Part shown: piece after piece, positions 35,201-47,200 of the stretch
Layout of the letters: each line of letters starts with the position of its first letter
Numbering within the stretch: the stretch's first letter is position 1
Source of the DNA: Felis catus
Taxonomy: Eukaryota
Assembly (NCBI RefSeq): GCF_018350175.1
Contig: NC_058383.1
Span: 11,100,001-11,164,000, forward strand
Direction: 5' to 3'
Length of the DNA: 64,000 nt
The notes under the pieces: generated by a model
What the model saw: the letters and a program-made list of their open reading frames with translations, nothing else
What the model was told of the DNA's origin: nothing
Databases searched by the model: none
Program-made: the position numbers and the translations under genes

Positions 35201-38200
35201 GGATCATGACCTGAGCCAAAATCAGGAGTCAGACCTCCCAGGCACCCTGCAGTACAGTATTATTAACTGTAGTTGTCATGCTGTACATTACATCCCCAGG
35301 ACTTACTTATTTTATAACTGGAAGTTTCTACCTTTACCCACTTTGCTCACACCCCACCCCCACCTCTGGCAACCACCAGTCTGTTCTCTTGGATCTATGA
35401 GCTTGTTTGTCTGCCTTTCCTTCACCATTTCTTTCTCTTTCATTCATTCATTCCACATATATATGAGACCATACAGTATTTGTCTTTCTCTGTTTGACTT
35501 ATTTCACTTAGGATAACGCTGTCAGAGTCCATCCATGTTGTTGCAAATGGCAAGATTTCATTATTTTTTCTGGCTGAGTAATATTCCATTGTACCTGTAT
35601 ACCGTAGTTTCTTTACGTGATCCATTATTTTTGACAAGAATGCTATGACCATTCAGTGAGGGAAAGAAAAGTCTTTCACAAATGGTGCTGGGACAACTGG
35701 TTACATACATGCCAAAGAACGAACCTGAACCTCTGCCTTACACCATCTATAAAAATGAACTCAAAATGGGGCACCTGGGTGGCTCAGTCGGTTAAGCATC
35801 TGACTTTGGTTCAGGTCATGGTCTTGTGGTTCGTGAATTCGAGCCCTGCATCGGGCTCTGTGCTGACAGTGTGGAACTTGCTTGGGGTCCTCTCTCTCCC
35901 TCTCTGTCCCTTTCTCTCCCTCTCTCTCCGCCCCTCCCCCACTCGTGTGTGCACGCATGCGTACTCTCTCAAAATAATAAATAAACTTGAACTCAAAATG
36001 GATCAAAGTCCACTTAAGAGCTAACACTGTAAAACTTTTAGAAGAAAATGTGGGTATAATCTTTGTGACCTCAGATTAGGCAGCAATTTCTTAAATATGA
36101 CCCCCGAAGCATAAGCAAAAAAGGAAAAATAGGTAAATTGGGCTTACAAAAATGAAAAAGTTTTATGCCTCAAAGGATGCTACCAAGAAAGTGAAAACAT
36201 AACCCACGGAATGGGAAGGAATACTCGTAAGTTGTATATTTGATAAGGGTCTAGGACCAGGATATATAAAGAGCTCTTACAACCCAATAGCAAGATAAAA
36301 CAACCTAATTCAAAAATGGCAAAAGATAGTGTACCTGGGTGGCTCAGTTGGTTAAGCGTCTGGCCCTTGATTTCAGCTCAGGTCGTGGTCTCATGGTTTG
36401 TGGGTCTGAGCCCCGTGTTGAGTGCAAGAGCCTGCTTGGGATTCTGTCTTCCTGTCTCTCTGCCTCCCCCCTGCTCTTTCCCAAAAATACATAAATAAAA
36501 AAAAAAAAAAAGTGGCAAAAGTTTTGTGAAGGCATTTCTCCAAAGATCTACAAATGGCCAATGAACATGTGGAACAGATCCTCCCTAATTAGTCATTAGG
36601 GGAATGCAAATTGGTATCACAATGAGATACCACTTCACATCTATTAGGATGGTTACTATTTAAAAAACCCAGAGGATAACAAGCGTTGGCAAGGCTTAGG
36701 AGAAATTGGCACCCTCAGACATTGTTGGGGGGATTGTCAAATGGTGCAGCTGCAGTGGAAGACAGTTTGGCTGGTGCTCAGAGAGTTGAGCATAGAATTA
36801 CCATCTGACCCAGCAGTCCCACCCCTAGCCGGGGACCCACGGGAAATGAAAACATTTGTCTACACAAAAACTTGTGCACAAATGTTCACAGCAACATTCC
36901 TTATGACAGCCAAAAAGTAGAAACAGCCCAAATGTCCATCAGCTGTTGAATGGATAAACGGCGCACATTCATTTTATTTAAAGGGGGGGGGGGTGTCAAA
37001 AGATAAACAAATTAAAAAAAAAAAAAAGCCAACACCCCAGGGAAAAATTCCAGCAGTGGAAGAAGTAAGCACAGCCTCATTTATCTCTGTCCACGGCCCA
37101 TCCCCGAATGCCTGCTCTCCTCACGTCCGTCCCATAGCAGGTGTCATTTACACAAATACCCTTGCCAGTCGTGTGCTGTACGGACTGCCTAGCGCCCTGT
37201 GGAAGCACTTCCAGGGCATCGAACTCAGAGTCGCACACTTGGACTTCAGATCCCCCTAAACCCGGATTCGCACACGCCCTTCACCCGCTCAGCTGCACGG
37301 GGAATCCCGGGGACGGTGCAGGGAAGGATTGGAGACGAATTGCGTTGGGCCTTTTCCAGACCAGACCAAACCAAAGTCAAGCTAACCCAACCAAGCCCCG
37401 AAATGCAGTATATCCATACAATGGAATATCATTCAGCCCTAAAAAGGAACGAAGCCCTAATGCACGCTACAACGTGGATGAACCTTGAAAACATGCTGTT
37501 AAGTGCAAGAAGGCAGACACAGAAGCTCACATGTTGTGGGATTCCATTGATATGAAGTGCCCAGAAGAGGCAAATCCATGGAGACAGAAAGTAGAGTGGC
37601 TTCCAGGGCTGAGGGTGAGGTGGGAAGTGAGGAATGACTGCTTAACGGGGAGGGGATTTCTTTCTGGGTGACGAAAATGTCCTTAAATTCATTAAAGGTG
37701 ACGGTGGCACAACATCGTGAATGTACTAAAAACTACTGAATTGTACACTTCAGAAGAGTGGAAGTGATGAATTTGTGTCATGTGAACCTTACTTACCTCA
37801 ATAAAAAACAACAGGTGGGGCGTCTGGCTGGCTCGGTGGAACATACAACTTCTGGCTTCAGGGTTGTGAGTTCGAGCCTCCTGTCGGGTGTAGAGATTAC
37901 TTAAAAATCTTTAAAAAAAATACAAAAAATAAAATAGCGATAGGCAACATAAATGTAAATTATAAAACGTGATAATAAAATCAACCCTTGTGAGAGTACT
38001 ACCCAATTAAAGACGTAGACTTTTGAGACCTATTTCAGGGGCGCCTGGGTGGCTCAGTCGGCTAAGCGTCCGACTCTTTTTTTTTTTTTTTTTTTAATTT
38101 TTTTTTTCAACATTTATTTATTTTTGGGACAGAGAGAGACAGAGCATGAATGGGGGAGGGGCAGAGAGAGAGGGAGACACAGAATCGGAAACAGGCTCCA

Positions 38201-41200
38201 GGCTCCGAGCCATCAGCCCAGAGCCTGACGCGGGGCTCGAACTCACGGACCGCGAGATCGTGACCTGGCTGAAGTCGGACGCTAAACCGACTGCACCACC
38301 CAGGCGCCCCGCGTCCGACTCTTGATCTCAGCTCAGGTCATGCTTTCATGGTTAATGGGTTCGAGCCCTGCATCGGGCTCTGTGCTGGCAGTGCAGAGCC
38401 TGCATGGGATTCTCTCTCTCTCCCTCTCTTTCTGCCCCTCCCTGGCTCGCTCACTGTCTCTCAAAATGAATAAGCTAAACTTAAAAAAAAAAAGAATGAA
38501 AAAAAGAAAGATTTTTATTTTTAAGTAATCCCCACACCCAGCGTGGGGCTCGAGCTCACAACCCCGAGATCAAGAGTCACACGCTCCACTGACCGAGCCA
38601 GGTAGAGCCCCAGGTGGCCACTTTTAATTTTTGTTTTGTTTGATGGAAGCTGTCCTAATGGATGTGAATTGATAACTCATGGTTCTGATCTGCATTTCCT
38701 TAGCGTTCAGTGATGTTGATCATCATTTTCTGGGCTTATCAGCCATTTCCATGTCTTCTTTGGAGAAACGTGTGTTCCAGTCCTTTTGCCCAGTTTTTAA
38801 TTGGGTTGTTTGGGGTTTTGGGTTTTGTTTTCTTTGTTTGTTTGTTGGTGGTGGTGTAGAGTTTTAGGAGTTGTCTCTATGTTCTGGATATTGATCCCTT
38901 ATCAGATATATGATTTGCAAATGTTTTCTGCCATTCCGTGGGTTGCCTTCTTACCCTGTTGATAGTGAGTCCGGTTTGTCTGTTTTTTGTTGCCTGTCCC
39001 TTTGGGGTCATTTCCAAGCAGTCGTTGTCAAACTCGGTGTCGTTAAGCTCTCGCTCTTTGTGTTTCTCCTAAGAGCTTTATGGTTTTCGCTCTTGTGTGT
39101 AGGTCTTTGATCCATTTGGAGTTAACTTTTGTACGTGGTGTTAGGTAGGCGCCCCACTTCATTCCTGTGCAGGTGGATATCCAGTTTCCGTAGCACCATT
39201 TGTTGAAAAGACTACCCTTTCCCCATCGGTCTTGGGACTCTTGTCAAAAATCACATGATCATAAATGCAAAGGCTTATTCCCGGGCTATCTGTTCTATTC
39301 CGTTGGTTTATATGTCTGTCTTTTATGCCACTGCCACCCTGTTTGGACTGTTGCAGCTTTGACCTCAGGAAGTGTGAGTCGTCCCAAGATCACTTGGCTA
39401 TTTAGGGTCCTTTGAGATTTCATATGAATAATAGGATAAATATTTCTGTAAAAAGCATTATTGGGATTTTGTTAGAGATTGCACTGAGTCTATAGATCAC
39501 TTTGAATAGTAATGATGTCCTAACAGTATTAGATGTTAGCCCATGAACATAAGATGTCTTTTTTTTTTTTTTAACGTTTATTTATTTTTGAGACAGAGAG
39601 AGACAGAGTATGAACGGGGGAGGATCAGAGAGAGGGAGACACAGAATCTGAAACAGGCTCCAGGCTCTAAGCTGTCAGCACAGAGCCCGACGCGGGGCTC
39701 GAACTCACCGACTGCAAGATCATGACCTGAGCCGAATTCGGCCACTTAACCGACTGAGCCACCCAGGCTCCCCCATAAGATGTCTTTTCACATATTTATG
39801 CCTTCTTTAATTTCTGTCAGCAGTATTTCATGGTTTTCCTTGTACACGTCTTTGACATCGCTGTTTGAGTTAATTCCTGAGTATTTATTCTTCTGGATGC
39901 TACTGTAAATAGAATTGTCTTCTTTAATTATTTTTTCTTTTTTTAAAAAATATTTGTTTGAGAGAGAGAACGAGAATGCACATGTGTGCACGTGCACAAG
40001 TGGGAGAGGGGCAGAGAGAGGAGAGAGAGAATCCCAGGTGCTGACTGTGCGGCTCAATCCTGTGACCCCAGGATCATGACCTGAGCCGAAATCAAGAGTC
40101 AGAGGCGTAACCAACTGACCCACCCCGGTGCCCGTTAATTTTGTTTTTTGGATTGCTCATTGTTAGTGTTGAGAAAGGCAGTTGATTTCTTTGTGTTGAT
40201 TTTGTATTCTGCTTCTTTGCTGAATGCAGTCCATTTTTATAGCTGGATGACATCCTACCACGGAATGTACCTCCATTTATTCAGTTTCGTGTTGATGGAT
40301 GTTTGGATGGTTTACAACTTTTTGTTACATGTCAAGCAGTGCTTCCAGGGCCGTCTGTCTGTCTCCTTGGTCACGTGTTCCACAGCTCTCATCGCTCTCG
40401 TGAAGATGCCTTGAGTGGCCGTGGGTTAGAGCTGTTTTCAAACGGTTGTTTTCCAAAATAGTTGTAATAAGTCACCCCCAGCCACACGGTGGTGTTTCAC
40501 TGCCTCGTCAGGGCTTGGTATCGTCCACTTTGAAGTTTTTCCCTGTCTTGTGGGTGTGACATAGTATTTCAATGAGGTTTCAATTTCGTTTTCCGAAAAA
40601 CTGCTTGAGAGTGACCACCGTTTTACACATTTATAAGCCAGTCTTATTTTCTCTTCTCTGAAATGTACATGGTGTTCTTTGCTCATTTGTTGACTTATGT
40701 GTCTTTTGCCTATTGATTTTTAGGAATTCTTTATCCTCATCTGTATTCTTTGCAGTTCTAGTGTTGTATGTGTTTTCTCCCAGACGGTAGCTTGCCTTTT
40801 TGTCCATCTGTTTGGATTTTGAATTTTAACTGTCTTTTTTTTCATTTCTTATTGCTTCCTTTTCAGATGTACCTGGCCATTTTCGATAGCCTCGTATTCC
40901 TGCTTTTATTTGCGTAAACATTGCACACAGAGTTATTTTTATTTTTTATATCATAATTCCAGGGTCTGAAACCCGGAGGCCGTCAATTGGTAGTTTGTTG
41001 GTTCAGTTTACTGTCTGACTTATAGGGGCATCCTTCCTTATGTGTTTAGTAAGTTTTGACTGTGGGCTCATATTTCATTGAATTGAATTGGTGGAAATTC
41101 TCAGGGCCTTAACTGGAGATGCTTTCCTCCAGAGAGGATTCGGATTTGCTTTTACCTGTTGCTAAAGGGTGCTGCCATTCTGATGCTGCTCTGGGTCCCT

Positions 41201-44200
41201 TTGCGGAAGCCTGGCTTATTTTTATTTTAAAAAATGTTTATTTTTGAGAGAGAGAGGAGGGGGGGACAAGTGGGTGAAGGGCAGAGAGAGAGGGAGACAC
41301 AGAATCCGAAGCAGGCTCCAGGCCCAAAGCTGTCACTGCAGAGCCCAGAGCAGGGCTGGAACCCACAAACTGTGAGATCATGACCTGAGCCGAAGTCGGA
41401 CGCTCAGTGGACTGAACTACCCAGGCACCCCTGTGTTTTTGTTTTTGTTTTGTTTTTAAAAAATGTTTATTTACAGAAGCCTGGTTTAAAGCGGGAGTCT
41501 GTGCTGTGCATTTTGCCTTGGTCTGCCCAGGGCTTAACGCCATCACAGTGCTGGCACTGATATGCGTCCTGATATCCTCTGGCCAGCCCTGTCTTTTCCT
41601 CTGCCATGCCAGTTTGCCAGTTTCGGTTTGCTGTTATTTTGGGGGGCGATGTTGGGGGGTTGAGGTGGGATACCCTCTCGGAGACGTCCTTTATCTTCTC
41701 ACTAGTCCAGCAGTACATTAGAGACTGCTGGTTGAGAATTCTTTGTGTGTGTTGTCATAGGGTCTTCTGGTCTCACTGTAGTGGTATTCTGTCTCACAGG
41801 GGTTTCTCGCGCGAATCAGACTCCGTCTCGAGGGTTTTACGAATAAACAATGACGGTTACGTGTTTATCCTGCACTGAGTGAGCCCGGGGAAGGAAGTTG
41901 CAGACAGTGCAGAGGCAGATTCTCGCTTCCGAGCTGATGTTTGTTAAGCGTTCAAAACTGTGCTTGGCGCGCAGTAAGTCTGCGAAAGTGTCCCAAGAGT
42001 CAGTAATCGAGAGTAACGCTTCCCCACTGTATTAGGTCTGGGTCACTACAATATCACCAGCGTACCCACCAAGCTGGGCGGAGACCTGGCCGGGGTGCAC
42101 GTCGTCCAGCTTGCCACCTACGGTGACTGCTGCCTGGCCGTGTCTGCTGAGGGTGGCCTCTTCGGTTGGGGAAACTCCGAGTACCTGCAGCTGGCCTCTG
42201 TCACGGACTCCACGCAGGTATGCGGTCGCTTACGGCCGGGCTGGGGGATTTGGAGACGACGAAGCGTTAAGGGTGTTTATAAGAAGTTCTTCAGCAAAGT
42301 GTGGCCTTCAGGCTGTGAAGGCCTGGCCCACCTGTAAGACCGCCTCTTCTTGGCCATCTCGTTGGAGTCCGGAAAGAAAGCGTGGGTTCAAAGCCATCGT
42401 TATCAACCCTTTGATGCGCTAGTCCTGGTCTAGAGCAGGCTGATAGGTGTGGCCGTGTACCCCGTCTCACGAGGGGTACGAGGCTGTTCATGTCATTCCC
42501 GTGGGGTCGCCCTGTGCTTTTTTACTGCAGTGTAACATGAGTGCCCCAAAAGGGTGCAGATCCCGAGTGTGCACCTGGATGAGGACGCCTGTGTCCCCCG
42601 CCCCCTCGCCGCAAGCAGTGGGACACTCACAGTACTTCAGAAGCCACTGCCCGTGGCCTCTCCGGTCACCGCGCCCTCCTCCTCACTGAAGGGAGTCACC
42701 CGCAGTCAGTACAGTACGGCAGGATTTTAAACGTTAAGGGAAATTGCAAATAAAAACCAAAAGTAGAGCTCCCTGCATGATTAATCTCTATGTATCTCTC
42801 ACCCGTGTTCAACGATTACCAACCAATGGCCCATTTAAAAAGAAGAAAACAGATATAATTCACCATTTTCAAGTGTAGAATTTGGTGGGTTTTAGCGGAG
42901 TCCCAGGTTGTGCAGTGGGCTAATCCCAGAACAGTTTCATTACCTGCCGCACTCCCCCCCCCCCCCCCCCCAAAAGCCCCATGCCCTACTGGCCAGTGTT
43001 TGTTGCCATCTGCTCCTCTGCCCTGGATTATTCTGAGTAAATCCCAGGTCTGTGTATATATTTTAAGTTTACTTATTTATTTTTGAGAGCGAGTGCGGCA
43101 GAGGGAGACCGAGAATCCCAAGCAGGCTCTGCACCGTCAGCCCAGAGCCCGAGGCGGGGCTCAAACTCCACAAACCATGAGATCGTGAACGGAGGCGAAA
43201 CCAAGGGTTGGACGCTTAACCGACTGAGCCACCTAGGCTCAGGTCAGACATCATATTTTATCCATAAAAGTCTCCATACATATTTCTAAAAGATAAGGAC
43301 TGGGGTGCCTGAGTGGCTTAGCCCGTTAAGCGTCTGACTCTCGATTTCGGCTCAGATCATGATCTCGAGGTCGTGAGGTCGAGTGCCGCGTCAGGCTCCG
43401 TGCTGGGCGTGGATCCTGCTTGGGATTCTCTCTCTCCCTCTCTGTCTGTGCCTTACTGTCTATCTCTCAAAATAAATAAGTAAACTGAAAAAAAAAAAGA
43501 TAAGGACTATTTAAAAAACATACTTTATTCCTTAATATCACCAAATTGCTGACAAGGTACAGAGGGTTTTAAATGTATATTGATAAAGAGATCAGCACGG
43601 AGAGAAACTAAAAGCCAGTGAAGAAGATGAGGAGAACGCGTTCCCTGGGGTCCGACACAGCGGCTAGAAGCAGTTGCAGGTTTGGTTCTGAGCTTCCTAG
43701 TAGCCAAAGCAGAGAAGAAAACGTACCCATGTAAATGATTCTTTGTTTCTATAAGACAAATGCTGTTTTCGGGAAGAGTGTTGCACTTCCTGTTACCGGT
43801 CCTGAGAAAAATGGCTCCCGCGGCCTTCCTGTGGGGGACACGTCCGGTGTCGTGGCATTGTTATCGCTGCATATCAGCGATATGTTTAAACCCCAACTTA
43901 GTTTAAACCCCAGACTTAGGGGTTTAAAGCAACACGCATTCATTACCTCACAGTTTCTGTGGGTCAGGAATCCAGGGGTGGCTTAGCCGGGTCTTCTGGC
44001 CCTGGTCCCCCAAAGGCTGCAGGCATAGTAGGGTTCCGCGGGCGAAAGCCCCGCTTCCAGGACCACCCCGGTGCTTGTCGGCAGGGTGCGGATCCTCGTG
44101 GGCTGTTGGACTGGGGCCCCAGTTGCTTGCTGGTGGCTAGCCAGCTACTAACTGTCGGCCAAGGCTCCCTTGGTCCCTGGCTTCTCCGTGTAGCAGCTCC

Positions 44201-47200
44201 CAACATGGCAGCTGCCTTCATCAGAGGAGGCAAAGGAGAGGGCGAGAGAGTGCCAGTGAGACAGAAGCCAGCGTTTCGCAATTTAGTCTTGGCAGTGGCC
44301 TCGCCTTGCTTTCCCCGGTACTCTGCTCGTCGGAAGCCAGTCGGGGGGTCCAGCCCCACACGAGGGCAGGGTTACACTCGGGTGTGCGTGGCGGGGGCGG
44401 GGGGCGCGGGTCTTGGAAGCAGCCCACCGCGGCCCCGACTCTAACCGTGGCCCGAGCCTCGTCCTGTCGGTGACGGCAGCGGGGTGTTCCCGGAGGCCCC
44501 GTGCCGGCGTGTTTCTCGGTGTGTGCCGAGCGCGTCGTGCCACAGCACGGGCAGGTAGAGACCCTCTGACCGCCTCGCCTCGTCCAGGCAGGCGCTTTCT
44601 GGATCAGTGAGGCCGCCTGTTCCTTCTGAGTCAGCTGAGGGGCTGTCAGCCTCCAGCTGTCCGCATCTGAAAGTACCTCCGAAAAGATTCGTGGCCGCCG
44701 CCGAAGCACTTCAGGTCTGTCTTTCCGGGGTTCGGCCTCGGTGGAGGCACCAACACCAAGTCCTGCTGGAGAGCTAAGTGGGCAGCACCTCATCCTCTAA
44801 ACCCCGACCCTCGTGTCGGGTCTGGCCCCCGATTAGTAGAGAAAACACGTGCTGTCAGATGGGAGTGCCCCCAGTTTCCCACGCGAGCCCTTTACACTCC
44901 AGCCAGGCCCACCCCTTCTGTAGCAGGGGGCGGGGCTGGGGGAAGGCGCCTCCCGCCCTGGGCCCCGGGTCCTGTCTCCTCCCGCCTTCTCAGGAGCTTT
45001 GCTCCATCTACTGGGCCTTCTTCCCCATAGCTTCAACCTCCCCTTCTCCACTGGTCCCTCCCCAGCCGTCCTTACACCTGACCCCCTGTGGCCTTTGTCT
45101 GTAGAAGCCCTGTGTGGGTTTCCTGGTGTCCACCCAGTCCTGCCCCCTCCCCCATCTCCACCACCCCCCGCCGTCTCCCCCTCCACTCTCCCATATCTAC
45201 CCACCCCTGTCCCACCCCCACCCCTCCGCCATCTCTACCCACCCTGCCCCTTCCCCCATCTTTACTCCCCCCCACCCCCCACCCCTTATCTCCACCCACC
45301 CTTGCCTCCACTTCTAGGGCCAACTCTCAGAGCCACATTCACTTCTTGTCTCCCTCTCCTCACTCCTCAGTCCATTCCACTTGGCTTCCACCCTTCTCAC
45401 TTGGCAGAGAGCCTCTCACTGGGCTACCAGGGCCTTCATGTTGCTCACATAATAGCCAAGACTCTGGAGAACATATCCCAGCCTTTATCCATCTTGACCT
45501 CGCAGCAGCATTTGACCCTGATCATGAGCTGTTGACTGTCTGTTAAAACACTCCTCCCTGGGCCCCTCTAATGACTCCTAAGTACCCTCCCGACTCCCTC
45601 GTCGTTTCTTCTTGGCCTCGTTTTCTGGTGCTCCTCCTGTGCCGGGCTTTACGTGTTGGAGGTCCTCTCCTTGTGTCTGGTCCCTTCAGAGGTCTCACCC
45701 GCACCCGTGGCTGCAGTTACCGGCTGTGTGCCAGTGACTCCCCAGCTCACACGTTGGGCCCACACTGTTCTTCAGGGTCTTGCATCTGTGAGCGTCACCT
45801 GCCATTTCCACTCGGCCGTCCCTGGGCGCTGTGAGTTGGGTACATCCACCAAAGAATGCAGGCACATCCCCCACATCCCGGTCCTCCACTGGCTCCCACA
45901 TCCCCTGACATTGCCTCTCTACCCAGAACCCTTGCTGGCTCCCCATTGTGCTCAGGATAGAGACCAGCTCCTTACTGTGGCCTGCGGGCCTGCCGATCTG
46001 GCCTCCTTCCTCGCCAGCTCATGCTCCGTACCCCCCTCCCCCATCTGCTCAGCCACTGCGACCTTGTTCAGACTCCCCGAAGGTATCCTGTGCACGTGCC
46101 ATCTCCACTCCTAGGGATGTCCTCTCTCCCCTTGCCTGGTTAGCTCTGCTCATCCTTCAGGTCACAGGATCAAATGAAGCCTTCCTGGTCCTTCCCTGAC
46201 CGCTCCTACCCCCAAACTAGATCAGGTTCCCCGACGTTCAGAGACCCTGGACTCTCCTCAGCGCAGATTAATTTCATGTTAATTTTGACCGGCTTCTGCT
46301 TTCTCCACCAGACTCCGTTCTGAGAGAGGGCCCGAGTCTCCTGTTCCCTGTCGAATTCTCAGTGCCCAGTTAGATGTTTAGTTTATCCTGGACGTTCAGG
46401 AAATATTTGTAGATTGAATGAACAAACCGGGACTTCCGTGCTTTGTCCACAAGACGGAACATTCCCGAGTTTGCCTTCCTAACAGCGTGGTTCTTGCTCT
46501 GCTTCAGGTGAACGTGCCCCGGTGCTTGCCCTTCTCAGGAGTGGGCAGGGTGAAGCAGGCCGCGTGCGGTGGCACAGGCTGTGCGGTGTTAAATGGTGAG
46601 ACCCTCCTACGGCCAGTGGGTTGGGCGGGAGAAGGGTCAGTGTCCGTTGGCGTCACAGCCACAGACCTTAGCCTGAGGGAGGGAGGGAGGGCAGCGTGGC
46701 CCTGGGAAGGTCCAGCTAGACTGGGCCCAGTTACTAGAGGGAGAGCTTGACTTGCTGGCAGGAGGTAATAGTCGTGATTCAGATGTGGACAGATCGACAG
46801 CGACAGGGCACAGTCACTCTGGCCCGTTACAGCAGACCTCCGGAGGGGCCGAGCTGTGTCTCCCGCTCCCTTAGCCTCGGCCGGAGACTCAGCCCTGCCT
46901 TCCCAGCGAGGCTGTGCCAGGAGACAAAGACAGATAGGAGAAGGGCCGTAGGGTCTGGATACCGAGGCCTGTGCCCCTGGGATTAAGTGTCTAGGGTCGC
47001 TGATGAGCATTAAAAACTTCTATGACGAAAAGAATCATTTCTAAGACTTGCAGAAATCGGGCCAGAGGTTCTTTGTGTACTTGGCTTGGTCTCCCGATCC
47101 GTTTGAAACGTAGAGTGTCAGAGTGGGGAAAACCATCCTTCTGGGCCTCCCCCGTGCTCATGGGGCTTCTGCGTGATTGATGAACTGGGCCCATCCAGGT

